Part shown: piece by piece, positions 28,271 through 38,270 of the stretch
How the letters are laid out: every line of letters begins with the position of its first letter
How positions within the stretch are numbered: the stretch's first letter is position 1
From: Armatimonadota bacterium
GTDB lineage: Bacteria > Armatimonadota > Hebobacteria > GCA-020354555 > CP070648
Direction of reading: 5' to 3'
Length of the DNA: 64,000 nucleotides
NCBI GenBank assembly: GCA_020354555.1
Contig: CP070648.1
Coordinates: forward strand, 710,656-774,655
Notes under the pieces: model-generated
The model's database searches: none
What the model saw: only the letters and a program-made list of their open reading frames with translations
Told to the model about the DNA's origin: nothing
Translations under genes and position numbers: made by a program

Positions 28271-30180
28271 GAGGACCCCAACTGCGATTGGACGACGGCG
28301 AAGGGCGTCGGGCGTGGCTCCGTAGACTGCTCCACCTGTGCGTCCTACTGGCCGTATGCTCAGTGGCAGTCGGGTGCGGCGGGTCGCGACCGGCGCCGCT
28401 GACCGCGCCTGCACCCGTCGCCGCGCCGGAGCCAGCCCGTGAGCAACCGCCCCAGCCAGGTGGGGTCTCCTTATCTGATCTCCCGGCCCTGCCGACCGGC
28501 GAGGATTTGAAATCCGCTCTCGAGCTTCCCATGCGCTCGCGGGTGGCGCCGTTGACCATGCATTACTGGGGCGTAATCACGAACGGTCGCGTGTCGCTTG
28601 ACTCGCTGGCGGAGGAGCGCCTGTGTCCTCAGTTCGACCGCGTGCGCTGGCACCGCTGGCTGCCGGATGGATCGCTGGTGATTCTGAATGGCGACCGGTT
28701 GTATCGCGTTCATCCATCTGGCGACTCGCGGTTGCTCGCGGCGGTCGGCGAGCCGGAGGTGCAGCCCAGGCTGTCGCCGGACGGGCGATGGGTCGCGGTA
28801 GCGCTGGGACGCAGCGTTACCTTCGTTCCGACCGCCGGCGGCCCGGTAAGGCGCCTGCCCCAGCCCGGATGGGTGCACAGCATCGGCTGGCACCCCGACA
28901 GCACGCGCCTTGCGTTCAATGCCAGCAACCGCATCTGTGTGGCCGAGACTGGCGGAGCCGTTGAGACGCTTCGCGTAGAGCCCGTTAGGCGGCCAGCGGA
29001 ATGGGAGGGCGATGCGGCGCTCTGGAAAGTGCCCCAGGTCGAATGGTCGGCCGATGGCCGCCTGCTTGCCTACCGCCTGATACTCAAGAGCAAGAACGTA
29101 CACGGCGAGATTGACTACGAGACTCGGCTTTCTGTCCTCGGGCCGCGCGGCAAGACCTGGGAGCACATCTCCTCCAGCTTCGGGCAAGAGGACGGTCTGT
29201 TCTCGTGGGCGCTTGGAGGAGACGTGTTAGCGTGGACCGGCACTGGCGGCGACGTCCACTCGGCCGGCTTTCTGTGGACGCCTCGCGGGAGTTCGGAAGT
29301 GGTGGAGACAGGGACAGAGCCGACCTTCTATCACACCGCGTGGCAGCCCCACGGGGAACTGCTTGCGGTGGAGGCGATGTACAGCGCCGGGGAATCGGAA
29401 ATGTTCGGAGCCGCCAGCACGTTCCACGACGTGGATCTGGTCGCAATCGCGGGAATCCCTCGCGGCGCCGCGCGCGAGGATGGATGGACAGAGTTCGAAT
29501 GGGCCGGCTCGGGAAGCGCGTTCGCCGCCGCAGTGAGGGCTCGCGCGCGCGTGCCCGATCCGAAGACTCGCTACTATCGCCTTCAGGCCGTTGGTGATTT
29601 CCCGATGGCCGGGAATCCGAAGGCAAACGCAGTGGTGCAAATAGCGCAGCTCGGGGGCGACGTCACCGACATGCAGTGGCAACCCGGTGAACGCGCGGTG
29701 ACCTATGTCCGACAACTCGGCGGGCGCCAGTCGAGGCTGTTCTCCGCCGCGATCACGCACAGCGCTGCCGGGCGTGAAGAGGTCCGCCGCCGACTCGCCG
29801 AAGGAGATGCGTCGTACCGCCAGGGCCGCTTCGAGGATGCCGCCATCCACTTCCGCAACGCGGTTCGCTGCGCGCCCGACTGGTCGGAACCGCGCGTCCG
29901 CTTAGCCCAGTGTTACCTCGACCTCAGCGAGCGCGAGACGAATCCCGCGTGCATGGCGTGGTTGCTCGACGGAGCAGGATTCGAGCTCCGCCGCGCCGGG
30001 TCACTCGCGCACGTCTCCGAGGTGGATGAGCGCATAGACATCATTATCGCGGCGCGCCGCGCCCACCTCAATGAGGCCCTGGGCGTCCGTACCGGCGAGC
30101 GCTGGTCGTGGGATTACAACCTGAGCCCGCGCACGCCGAGCTGGCGACCGCAGCCCGTCGAACTGTCCCCCGGTGAATAG
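28267..30180 (+). CDS. Paralogous PD40 beta-propeller/TPR lipoprotein, a tandem duplicate of the upstream gene
   Basis: The likely start is the ATG at 28267, overlapping the upstream stop as ATGA (MRGPQLRLDDGEGRRAWLRRLLHLCVLLAVCSVAVGC). The ORF track begins at 28180. It has the same architecture as the upstream gene and shares long blocks of identical protein and nucleotide sequence with it. Confidence 0.75.
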   Translation: MRGPQLRLDDGEGRRAWLRRLLHLCVLLAVCSVAVGCGGSRPAPLTAPAPVAAPEPAREQPPQPGGVSLSDLPALPTGEDLKSALELPMRSRVAPLTMHYWGVITNGRVSLDSLAEERLCPQFDRVRWHRWLPDGSLVILNGDRLYRVHPSGDSRLLAAVGEPEVQPRLSPDGRWVAVALGRSVTFVPTAGGPVRRLPQPGWVHSIGWHPDSTRLAFNASNRICVAETGGAVETLRVEPVRRPAEWEGDAALWKVPQVEWSADGRLLAYRLILKSKNVHGEIDYETRLSVLGPRGKTWEHISSSFGQEDGLFSWALGGDVLAWTGTGGDVHSAGFLWTPRGSSEVVETGTEPTFYHTAWQPHGELLAVEAMYSAGESEMFGAASTFHDVDLVAIAGIPRGAAREDGWTEFEWAGSGSAFAAAVRARARVPDPKTRYYRLQAVGDFPMAGNPKANAVVQIAQLGGDVTDMQWQPGERAVTYVRQLGGRQSRLFSAAITHSAAGREEVRRRLAEGDASYRQGRFEDAAIHFRNAVRCAPDWSEPRVRLAQCYLDLSERETNPACMAWLLDGAGFELRRAGSLAHVSEVDERIDIIIAARRAHLNEALGVRTGERWSWDYNLSPRTPSWRPQPVELSPGE

Positions 30181-30207
30181 CGAGGCCGCCCAGGTCAATT
30201 CCTGCCG

Positions 30208-30825
30208 TCACGTGATCAGGTTCGCCGGCAGGTGCGCGGTGCGGTTCTGGAAGACCATCTTCGCGCGGCCGGGGAGCACCTCGATGACGCTGATACAGCA
30301 GTTGGACTGGCTGAACCGCGTGGAGCCGCACGGCGGCGCGCCGAGGAACCGGCTCATCAGGATCGCACCGAACGTGCCGTGGCCGACCAAGGCCACCCGC
30401 GCCTCCGTCGCCTCGAACCTCCTGCGCATCGCCTCTTCGACGCGCGCGGCGCGGACATATGCAGCCGGTTCATCCTCGGGCAGCTTCTCCGGCCACCACC
30501 GCTCCGGCATGTCAGCGGGCAGGATCACCTCCGGCCACCGGCGCACGATATCGCTGCGAGTGACTACGTCACAGCGGGAGCCCCACTTCTCCGCGAGGTC
30601 CGGCCACGCGCTGATCGACAGCCCCAGCGTCGCAGAGATCTCGGACGCGGTCTCCAGCGCCCGCGTCAGCGGGCTCGCGCGCAGCGCCTCGATGCCCTCG
30701 TCCGCCAGCGCCTGCGCCACCAGCTTCGCCTGCCGCCAGCCGCGCTCGGTCAGTGCTGGATCGTCGGAGTGGTCGGTGCCGGCGTTGCCGCCGGATTCAC
30801 CGTGTCGGATGAGATACAGACGCAT
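30208..30825 (-). CDS. Histidine phosphatase-family protein (phosphoglycerate mutase-like)
   Basis: The start is the ATG at 30825 (MRLYLIRHGESGGN...). The RHG catalytic motif, TERGWRQA, and the C-terminal VALVGHGTF with the second catalytic His are present. Confidence 0.8.
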   Translation of the reverse strand: MRLYLIRHGESGGNAGTDHSDDPALTERGWRQAKLVAQALADEGIEALRASPLTRALETASEISATLGLSISAWPDLAEKWGSRCDVVTRSDIVRRWPEVILPADMPERWWPEKLPEDEPAAYVRAARVEEAMRRRFEATEARVALVGHGTFGAILMSRFLGAPPCGSTRFSQSNCCISVIEVLPGRAKMVFQNRTAHLPANLIT

Positions 30826-30950
30826 TGGGTGCTCACAACATCGCCACCAGCGGCACAGCATGTGGCTAGGCTGAGCCGCCACCCCGGCCCGAAGGGCTTA
30901 AGGGCCTGTGCCCCTACGTGCCGGCCTGTGTAGGGTACCCGGACAGCCGC

Positions 30951-32558
30951 CTACCCGATGTGCGCCCACGGCAGCGGCTCGTCGGGGCCGCGCGCTCGCG
31001 ACGCGAAGTGCTCCGGATCGAGCCCCTCCGCCGCGAACGCCTCGCGCCACGCCGCCAGCGATCCTCCGCCCTCGCACGCGCGCGCAATGACCGCGCCGAG
31101 GCGCCGGTCGCCGCGGGCCAGCGCCGCCTGGATAAACGACCAGTTCGGGCTTTCCGCGGTCATGTTCACGCCTGGCTCCGTGTGCAGCAGCGAGCGCACC
31201 GTCTTCAACTGCTGCTGGAGGTAGCGCACCGGCGCCATCGCCTCGCGCTCGAACGCGGTTTGGGGCTTGGGGACGAAGGCGTTGATACTCGCGGTGACCT
31301 GAGCCATGTCAGAGTCTCGGCGCAGACGGTGCACCAGTCGGGGAATGGCCTCGACGTCGGCCTCCGTCTCGCCGGGCAGGCCGAGCATGAAGTACAGCCG
31401 CAGGCGGCGGATGCCGTTCGCCGCTGCCAGGCGCGCGGCCGCCAGATACTGCTGCTCGGTGATGGACTTGCGCAGGCGGCGGCGCAGCTTGTCCGTGCCC
31501 GCCTCGGGGGCGAAGGTGATTGAGCGCGCGCCGCTTTCGCCAAGCGCCTCGACGACCGCAGTACTGGCGCCATCAGCCCGCATGGACGACAGCGAGATCC
31601 GCGCCTTCATCTCCCGCAGCCCGCGCACGATCCGCTTGAGCTGCGGATGGTCGGTCACCGCCGCCGCGACCAAGCCGACGGTGCGCCGGTGATCCAGCCC
31701 CGGCGCCGCGATGTCGAGCACGTGCTGCGCCGAGCGCTGGCGGTACGGCTGATGGCACGGCGCGGTGACGCAAAACTTGCAGGCGTGCGCGCAGCCGCGG
31801 CTGATCTCGATGAGGAACATGTTGCCGAACTCGGTGTCGGTGCTGAGAACGCGGCTGTGCGTCGGCCAGCGGTCAACATCCTTCACCAGCAGGCGACGAA
31901 TCGCCTTCGGCGCGCCCTTGGCGGGTGTGAGCCGCACGAAATCCCCCTGCGGCGAGTACTCGGGCTCGTACAGCGACGGCACGTACACGCCGCGAATGGC
32001 CTGCAAGCGCTGCAACGCATCCGTGCGATCCTGCGCTTCGATGAGCGCGTCCGCGACGCGGTCGAGCGCCGGCTCCGCCTCGCCGACGACGAAGGCATCA
32101 ACCACCTCTGCCAGCGGCTCCGGGTTGAACGCCGCACACGGGCCGCCCGCGATGATGACGGGATGTCGCTGGTCGCGATCCCGCGCGAACACCGGCACCC
32201 GCGCGCGCTGCAGCGCGTCCACCACGTTGATGTAGTCAAGCTCGAACGAGAGGCTGAAGCCGATGACGTCGAAGCGATCGAGGGGTGACTGCGATTCGAT
32301 CGCCGCCAGCGGCAGGCGCCGATCCGCAGAGTCGTAACCGCGGTCGGGCATGAAGGCGCGCTCGCAGATCACATCGGGCCTGGCGTTGAGGAGCTGGTAC
32401 ACCGCGTGCACGCCGAGATTCGACATCCCGACGTAATACGTGTTCGGATACACGAGCGCGAAGCGAAGTCCCTGCCCGTGATCCTTTATGACAGCGCCGG
32501 CCTCCCGCGACAGATGCCAGCGCGCGCGCTCAGCCAGAGGGTTACTCATCAGCGGCAC
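30951..32558 (-). CDS. B12-binding-domain-containing radical SAM protein (TIGR03960-like)
   Basis: The 535 aa protein has an N-terminal B12-binding-like region (FALVYPNTYYVGMSNLGVHAVYQ). The radical-SAM cluster motif is CAHACKFCVTAPC (CxxxCxxC). The C-terminal extension is typical of the TIGR03960 family. Confidence 0.8.
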   Translation of the reverse strand: MPLMSNPLAERARWHLSREAGAVIKDHGQGLRFALVYPNTYYVGMSNLGVHAVYQLLNARPDVICERAFMPDRGYDSADRRLPLAAIESQSPLDRFDVIGFSLSFELDYINVVDALQRARVPVFARDRDQRHPVIIAGGPCAAFNPEPLAEVVDAFVVGEAEPALDRVADALIEAQDRTDALQRLQAIRGVYVPSLYEPEYSPQGDFVRLTPAKGAPKAIRRLLVKDVDRWPTHSRVLSTDTEFGNMFLIEISRGCAHACKFCVTAPCHQPYRQRSAQHVLDIAAPGLDHRRTVGLVAAAVTDHPQLKRIVRGLREMKARISLSSMRADGASTAVVEALGESGARSITFAPEAGTDKLRRRLRKSITEQQYLAAARLAAANGIRRLRLYFMLGLPGETEADVEAIPRLVHRLRRDSDMAQVTASINAFVPKPQTAFEREAMAPVRYLQQQLKTVRSLLHTEPGVNMTAESPNWSFIQAALARGDRRLGAVIARACEGGGSLAAWREAFAAEGLDPEHFASRARGPDEPLPWAHIG

Positions 32559-32719
32559 ACAGAGTCGGCACGACCCAAGCGCATCAGAGTTTAGGCGAAC
32601 AGCGGCAATGTCCCTGCTGCCGCGGAAAAAGACAGCGCCGACTCACCCCGGCACGGTCGGCAACGGCGATGCGCGAGTCGCCGCACGCCGCCGCCGGGCA
32701 TCCTCCGCGCCATCAAGAG

Positions 32720-34111
32720 CTACGGCGCCTGCTCGCCCTCCCGCGGCATGATCTCGCGCGCCGCGATCATGCCGCTCGCCGACGCCTGCACCAAGCCGCG
32801 CGTGACGCCGGCCCCGTCGCCGATGGCGAACAGGTTATTCACCTGCGTCTCCAACGCCGGGGTCAGCCGCACCCGCGCGGAGTAGAACTTCACCTCCACC
32901 CCGTACAGCAGCGTATGCCGGGACGCCACACCAGGGGTCATGTGATCCAGCGCTTCGATCATCTCCAGGATGCTCGCGAGGTACCGATACGGCAGCGCGA
33001 AGCTGAGGTCGCCGGGGGTCGCCTCCGCGAGCGTCGGCCGCACCATGCCGCGCGCGATGCGCTCCTGGGTCGAGCGCCGCCCGGATGTCAAATCCCCCAG
33101 CCGCTGCACGATGATCCCCCCGCTGAGCAGGTTCGCCAGCCGCGCGACGTACCTACCGTACGCGATCGGCTCGCGGAACGGCTCCGTGAACCTGGTCGTC
33201 ACCAGCAGCGCGAAGTTCGTGTTCTCGGTGCGCTTGCCCGCGTAGCTGTGGCCGTTGACGGTGATCGTCGCATCGGAGTGCTCGATAACGACCTCGCCGT
33301 AAGGGCACACGCAGAACGTGCGCACGCGGTCGTCGAACTCCTTGGAGTTGAACAGCAGCTTCGGCTCGTACACCACCGAGGTCAGCGGTTCCATCACCGC
33401 CGCCGGCAGCTCAACGCGCACGCCGATGTCAACCGGGTTGTCGGCGCGCTCCAACTGCAGTTGATCCGCCTGATGCTGGAACCATTCCGCGCCCTCGCGC
33501 CCGGGCGCGACGACGACGTACTTGCCCTGGATGATCTGACCGTCCGCCAGGCGCACTCCGCACGCGATGCCTTCGTAGGTCAAGATCTCCGTCACTTCCG
33601 CGCACGTGCGCACCTCGGCGCTCTGCTCGACGTGCGTGCGCATGTGCTGCAACACCTCGAGGCAGCGGTCGGTGCCCATGTGCCGCACGCGCGTCGGCAC
33701 GAACTCGAGATCCGCCAGAGTGGCCTTGCGCGCGATGTCCCCGAGCGCGTCGTCGTCCGCGCCATACACGCGTTCCGGCGCGCCGAAGTGGACGTAGGTC
33801 TGCTCGACCTCGTCGAGCAGCGACGTCAGGTGATCCGGCGACACGAAATTGGCGAGCTGCCCGCCGACCAGCGGCGACATCGTGAGCTTGCCGTCGCTGA
33901 ACGCGCCCGCGCCGCCCCAGCCGGTGGTGATGGAGCACGCCTCACCGTGTTCGCGGGAATGGCTGTTGCGCCGCGCGATGCGCGTGTCCAGGTCCTCCCC
34001 CTTCTCCAGCATCAGCACCCGCACGTCCGACTTCTTCGCCAGTTCAAGGGCGCAGAAAACCCCCGCCGGCCCCGCGCCGACGATGATAACGTCCCAGTCG
34101 TGCTCGCTCAT
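32720..34111 (-). CDS. FAD-dependent oxidoreductase (COG2509-like)
   Basis: The protein has a dinucleotide-binding motif DVIIVGAGPAGVFCALEL and the signature TGWGGAGAFSDGKLT. The C-terminus is LFAIGDGAGVTRGLVQASASGMIAARE. Confidence 0.75.
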   Translation of the reverse strand: MSEHDWDVIIVGAGPAGVFCALELAKKSDVRVLMLEKGEDLDTRIARRNSHSREHGEACSITTGWGGAGAFSDGKLTMSPLVGGQLANFVSPDHLTSLLDEVEQTYVHFGAPERVYGADDDALGDIARKATLADLEFVPTRVRHMGTDRCLEVLQHMRTHVEQSAEVRTCAEVTEILTYEGIACGVRLADGQIIQGKYVVVAPGREGAEWFQHQADQLQLERADNPVDIGVRVELPAAVMEPLTSVVYEPKLLFNSKEFDDRVRTFCVCPYGEVVIEHSDATITVNGHSYAGKRTENTNFALLVTTRFTEPFREPIAYGRYVARLANLLSGGIIVQRLGDLTSGRRSTQERIARGMVRPTLAEATPGDLSFALPYRYLASILEMIEALDHMTPGVASRHTLLYGVEVKFYSARVRLTPALETQVNNLFAIGDGAGVTRGLVQASASGMIAAREIMPREGEQAP

Positions 34112-34244
34112 CGACTTGCCTCACCAGCTTGTCGTTCGCGTTCTCTCCCCGGCTCGGCAGCGCTCCCCGCCTCAGGCGCCCCCAACAGCTAATCTACCAC
34201 ATTCCGGGCTGCTCAGACGCCCGCCAGGCGGCGCAAGCACGCCC

Positions 34245-35231
34245 CTACCGCAGCCCCTCGCGCAGCGCCTTGAGTTGATCCACGAACTCCTGCGGGATGT
34301 GCCCGTCGGCTTCGATCGGCACGTCCCACGTCACCACACCCTCTTTCTCGATGATCGCGCGCGTCCACCCGACGATCTGCTCGGTCGTGAACCGCGGCGG
34401 CCCCGCCGCCCACCACGGGCCGAGATAGCTCAGCATGTGGAACTGCGCCTCGTCCACCCATCGCCCCGGGCACATCACCTCACCCGGCTCGTTGATCTCA
34501 CCCGCCGTGTAATCCTCATATTCGCTCACCGATATGATCGGGTTCAGCACGCCCGGGTTGAAGGCGACGATGCTGTCCGGGTTCCCCGCGCGGGCGGCGG
34601 CGGCGAAGCTCGCGAAGTTCGGCGGCTCGGGAAAGCGGTACATCTCGTTCGGCCAGTAGCAGCCGTCGAACCACCACCCGCAGACCTTGTCGCCCCAGCG
34701 CAGCGACCACTCGCGGATCACGTATTCCCACCGCGCCTGGAACGCCCAGTTGCGATGCGGGCCGTTCTGCCATTCGAGGCGCTCGACCGCAATCGGATCC
34801 TGGTTCGGCGCGCCGGCGGGAAGATAGACCAGCAGCTTGATGCCTTTCGGCTGCACGGCGTCGTAGATGTCGGCCACCAGGTCGCGCTGCGAGCACTTGC
34901 TGGGCTGTATGCCGACGTAGGCGTCATAGGTCGCGTTGGGCGAGCAGTAATGCCCCGAGTTCTGCCCGAGCGTGATGAAGTAGTACTTCGTCCCGATCTC
35001 CTCGAGCTGCGCCGCGAGTGCTGTGACATCGACCGCGTTGACCCGCGCGTTCCACTCCTGCGATGACATCTCCGGCCCGGTGAGGTAATGCGTGAACACG
35101 CCCCAGCGGGCGTCCCTGAACCAATCGGTGCGATGCTTCGTCCCCAATCCGGCCTCCTGTGCGAGAGCGATTCCACCGTGCAACGCGAGCACAATGCCCG
35201 CGCCGATCAGCCATGTCCGCGGATTAGCCAT
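34245..35231 (-). CDS. Secreted GH29-like alpha-L-fucosidase-family protein
   Basis: The ORF runs 34245..35438. The likely start is the ATG at 35231 (GGAGGAG ribosome-binding site), giving the signal peptide MANPRTWLIGAGIVLALHGGIALA. The GH29-type N-terminal motif is DWFRDARWGVFTHYL. A cluster of aromatics (WWFDGCYW) is also present. Confidence 0.6.
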   Translation of the reverse strand: MANPRTWLIGAGIVLALHGGIALAQEAGLGTKHRTDWFRDARWGVFTHYLTGPEMSSQEWNARVNAVDVTALAAQLEEIGTKYYFITLGQNSGHYCSPNATYDAYVGIQPSKCSQRDLVADIYDAVQPKGIKLLVYLPAGAPNQDPIAVERLEWQNGPHRNWAFQARWEYVIREWSLRWGDKVCGWWFDGCYWPNEMYRFPEPPNFASFAAAARAGNPDSIVAFNPGVLNPIISVSEYEDYTAGEINEPGEVMCPGRWVDEAQFHMLSYLGPWWAAGPPRFTTEQIVGWTRAIIEKEGVVTWDVPIEADGHIPQEFVDQLKALREGLR

Positions 35232-35521
35232 CCTCGCGACTCCTCCTTCGCCGTCATTATAGCCGTAGTGGTGGTGGGGTTCAACCGGGGCGGTTCGATG
35301 CAGCGGGTCGCCTGCCAACGGTCGCGGCGCGATGCGGCCGTGCGCGTGGCGGGCATTGCGGTTTCCCCGGCCGGCTGCCCGCAGGTGCGCGGCGGACCAG
35401 CGGCGAATAGCAGAGGCCGCTGGAGCACCCACCATCACCGTGACCGAATTCCGCGCGATGACGGCGTTCGCTGAACGCCTGACGCTGCCGGCCGTGCCCG
35501 ATACATCTCAGAGGGGCGCCT

Positions 35522-36769
35522 GTGTTCGAACGCCTTGAACGCGCTTACATCGCGCTGTTTCGCGAGTATCCGCCGCTCATCCGTCTTGCCGTGGTAACGG
35601 GGGCCGGCCAACTCGCCTTCGCTCTCCTCAATAACTACGCGCTCCCCATTTACCTGCTCCAGGACCTCCGCCTGTCGGGAAAGGCCCTGGGGGCGATTAG
35701 CGCCACGTTTCTGCTGTGCGAGACGCTGCTCAAGTTCCCGATGGGACGGCTCTCCGACCGCTTCGGGCGCAGGCCGTTTGTCGCGCTCGGCCCGCTGCTG
35801 ATCTGCCTCAACCCGATCATCATCGTGCGCCTGCCGGTCAGCCTGTGGGCGCTGGTGTTCCCGGTCCGCGCCGCCGACGGTGCGGGCGCCGCGGCGCTGT
35901 GGCCGCCGCTCTATGCCACGGTCGGAGATCTGGTTAAAAAGGAGTCGCGCGCGGCGGCCATGAGCGTCATGAATACCGTCTATGTGCTCGCCATGGGCGG
36001 GGCCGTGGTCGTCGGCTCCTTCGCCGCGTACCTCTTGGCCAGCAACCGCGCTCCGTTCTACATCGCGAGTGCGCTGCTCTTCATCAGCGGCGCCGTCGCA
36101 GTTATCGCTCTCCCGCGCGCCGACCGCCGCGTCGCCGCACAGTCATCGGACGCCGCCGCGCTGATGCCCATGGTGCCCGCGTCGGCGCAGCCGCCGCTGC
36201 CAGCGCCCGACCGCGCGTATCCGCTGCCGCTCGTCATGCTCATCAGCCTCCTTATGACCCTGGGCGTGCTCATGCTGGCGAATTTCGCCATCCCCTACTT
36301 GAAGCTCGAACTGGAGCTGTCGCCGCTTCACATCGGCACCCTCGTTATCACACTCGGCATCCCGGTGGGGCTGCTGGGGCTGCCGCTCGGCCACGCCGCC
36401 GACCGCTGGGGCAAGACCTTGGCGGTGCGCGTGTCGCTCGTCGCCTCGGCCGCGCTGATGTGGCTGATCCCGTCCTGCCGCACCATGCCCGCGTTTGCCG
36501 CGGTTGGCACGCTGCTCGTCCTCAGCCACGTCCTGGGCACGCCAGCCTGGCTCGCGATCGTCTCCGAGTTGGCGCCGACGAGCCGCCGCGGCGGCGTCAT
36601 GGGCATCGTGGCGACGGCCCAAGGGGTCGGCGCAGCGGTGGCGCCCCTGATCGCGGGGTCGCTGTGGGACATCGGGCCCCCGTACGTCTTCTACGGCAGC
36701 GCGGTGATGCTGACCCTGGGCGCGCTCGTCGCCGGTCTCACTCTGCGCGCGCGGACGGGCGACGCGTAG
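35522..36769 (+). CDS. MFS transporter
   Basis: The protein starts at GTG. It has 12 hydrophobic helices and the MFS loop motif GRLSDRFGRRPF between TM2 and TM3. Confidence 0.8.
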   Translation: MFERLERAYIALFREYPPLIRLAVVTGAGQLAFALLNNYALPIYLLQDLRLSGKALGAISATFLLCETLLKFPMGRLSDRFGRRPFVALGPLLICLNPIIIVRLPVSLWALVFPVRAADGAGAAALWPPLYATVGDLVKKESRAAAMSVMNTVYVLAMGGAVVVGSFAAYLLASNRAPFYIASALLFISGAVAVIALPRADRRVAAQSSDAAALMPMVPASAQPPLPAPDRAYPLPLVMLISLLMTLGVLMLANFAIPYLKLELELSPLHIGTLVITLGIPVGLLGLPLGHAADRWGKTLAVRVSLVASAALMWLIPSCRTMPAFAAVGTLLVLSHVLGTPAWLAIVSELAPTSRRGGVMGIVATAQGVGAAVAPLIAGSLWDIGPPYVFYGSAVMLTLGALVAGLTLRARTGDA

Positions 36770-36983
36770 CACCGCGGAGACCGCCGCACGACAACCGCAG
36801 GTGGCAGCGCTCGGATCGAAGCACGCCGTGCATGATCCCCCGCAAACGCGGTGCCGGATCCCTGGATTCGCCCGCCCGTCGCGCCCCGTCGCAGGTTCGC
36901 TCTCCTCGCGCGGCGAATAGAAAAATGAGTTGAGTTGGCGTCGCCGGCTTCGGTGACGGCGTCCGGGGGTAACGCGGGGTCTC

Positions 36984-38255
36984 ATGCGCACCGTTTTCGC
37001 CGACCTGCACATCCACATCGGACGGACCTTCGGCGGGGAGATGCCGCGCGCGCCCGAGGACGTCGGCACCGGCGAGCCGGCGAAGGGCGGCCAGCCCGTC
37101 AAAATCACTGCCGCGCGCGACCTGACCTTCGCCAACATCGCACGTGAGTGCGCCCACCGCAAAGGCATCCAAATGGCGGGCGTGGTGGACTGCGCGTCGC
37201 CCGCCGTGCAGCGCGAAATCCAGGCTCTCATCGCCAGCGGCGAAATGATCGAGCTGGCCGGCGGCGGCCTGCGCTTCGGCGACAAGACGACCGTCATCCT
37301 TGCCTGCGAACTGGAAACGGCCGAGGCCGACGGTTCCTGCGCGCATCACATCTCCTACTTCCCGTCCCTCGCCGAGCTGCGCGACTTCAGCCGCATCATG
37401 GGCGCCCTGGTCACCAACCTCGACCTCAGCTCCCAGCGCTGCCGCCTGCCGGCGCAACAGCTGTGGGAGATCACCCATTCCTGCGGCGGCGTCTTCATCC
37501 CGGCGCACGCCTTCACCCCGCACAAGAGCATCTACGGCAACTGCGCGCGGCGGCTCAGCGACGTGTTCGATGACGACGCGCTGACCGCCATCCCCGCGCT
37601 CGAACTCGGCCTCTCCGCCGATTCGTTCATGGCCGATCGCCTGGCGGAGCTGGCCGACAAGACGCTGCTGTCCAATTCCGACGCGCACTCCCTGCCCAAG
37701 ATCGCGCGCGAGTACAACGCGCTCGAAATCGAGGAGCCGACCTACGAGGAGTTCCTGCGCGCCTTGCGCCGCGAGGACGGCCGCAAGGTCACCGCCAACT
37801 TCGGCCTCGACCCGCGGTTGGGCAAGTACCACCGCACCTTCTGCCCGAAGTGCGAGCGCATCGAAACGCAGCCGCCGCCGGTGCTGGCGTGTCCCGCGTG
37901 CGGCGCAGAAGGCGTCGTACGCGGCGTCCTCGATCGTGTCTCTGATATCGCCGATTATCCCGGACCGCGGCCACCGGCGCACCGACCGCCGTATCGCTAC
38001 CAGGTGCCGCTCCAGTTCCTGCCGAAGCTGGGGCCGGTGGCGCTGGGCAAGCTGCTCAACCGCTTCGGCACCGAGATGGCGGTGCTGCATCACGTCGAGG
38101 CATCGGAGCTGACACAGGTCGTCGGGGGCAAGCTGGCGCACCTCATCATCGCGGCCCGGGACGGCGCGCTGCCCCTCAAGGCCGGCGGCGGCGGGCATTA
38201 TGGCCGGCCGCTGGAAAAGCCCGCCGAGGCGCAGTTGGATCTGACCATCACGTAG
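36984..38255 (+). CDS. Endonuclease Q-family protein (TIGR00375; PHP domain plus zinc finger)
   Basis: The N-terminal PHP motif is FADLHIHIG. The protein also has ...SNSDAHSLPKI and a C-terminal C4 zinc finger, FCPKCERIETQPPPVLACPACG. Size and architecture match archaeal and Bacillus EndoQ. Confidence 0.7.
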   Translation: MRTVFADLHIHIGRTFGGEMPRAPEDVGTGEPAKGGQPVKITAARDLTFANIARECAHRKGIQMAGVVDCASPAVQREIQALIASGEMIELAGGGLRFGDKTTVILACELETAEADGSCAHHISYFPSLAELRDFSRIMGALVTNLDLSSQRCRLPAQQLWEITHSCGGVFIPAHAFTPHKSIYGNCARRLSDVFDDDALTAIPALELGLSADSFMADRLAELADKTLLSNSDAHSLPKIAREYNALEIEEPTYEEFLRALRREDGRKVTANFGLDPRLGKYHRTFCPKCERIETQPPPVLACPACGAEGVVRGVLDRVSDIADYPGPRPPAHRPPYRYQVPLQFLPKLGPVALGKLLNRFGTEMAVLHHVEASELTQVVGGKLAHLIIAARDGALPLKAGGGGHYGRPLEKPAEAQLDLTIT

Positions 38256-38270
38256 CGCGAGGCGAGATGC

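Noticed and set aside
32669-35066. Plus-strand ORFs 32669..34192 (507 aa) and 33849..35066 (405 aa)
   Set aside because: They are antisense to the FAD oxidoreductase and GH29-like genes. Translations such as …RRLLALPRHDLARRDHAARRRLHQ… are compositionally biased.
36143-38198. Minus-strand ORFs 36143..37297 (384 aa) and 36738..38198 (486 aa)
   Set aside because: They are antisense to the MFS and EndoQ genes. The products are Arg/Gly/Ala/Asp-rich without motifs. EndoQ on the plus strand has the PHP and zinc-finger signatures.
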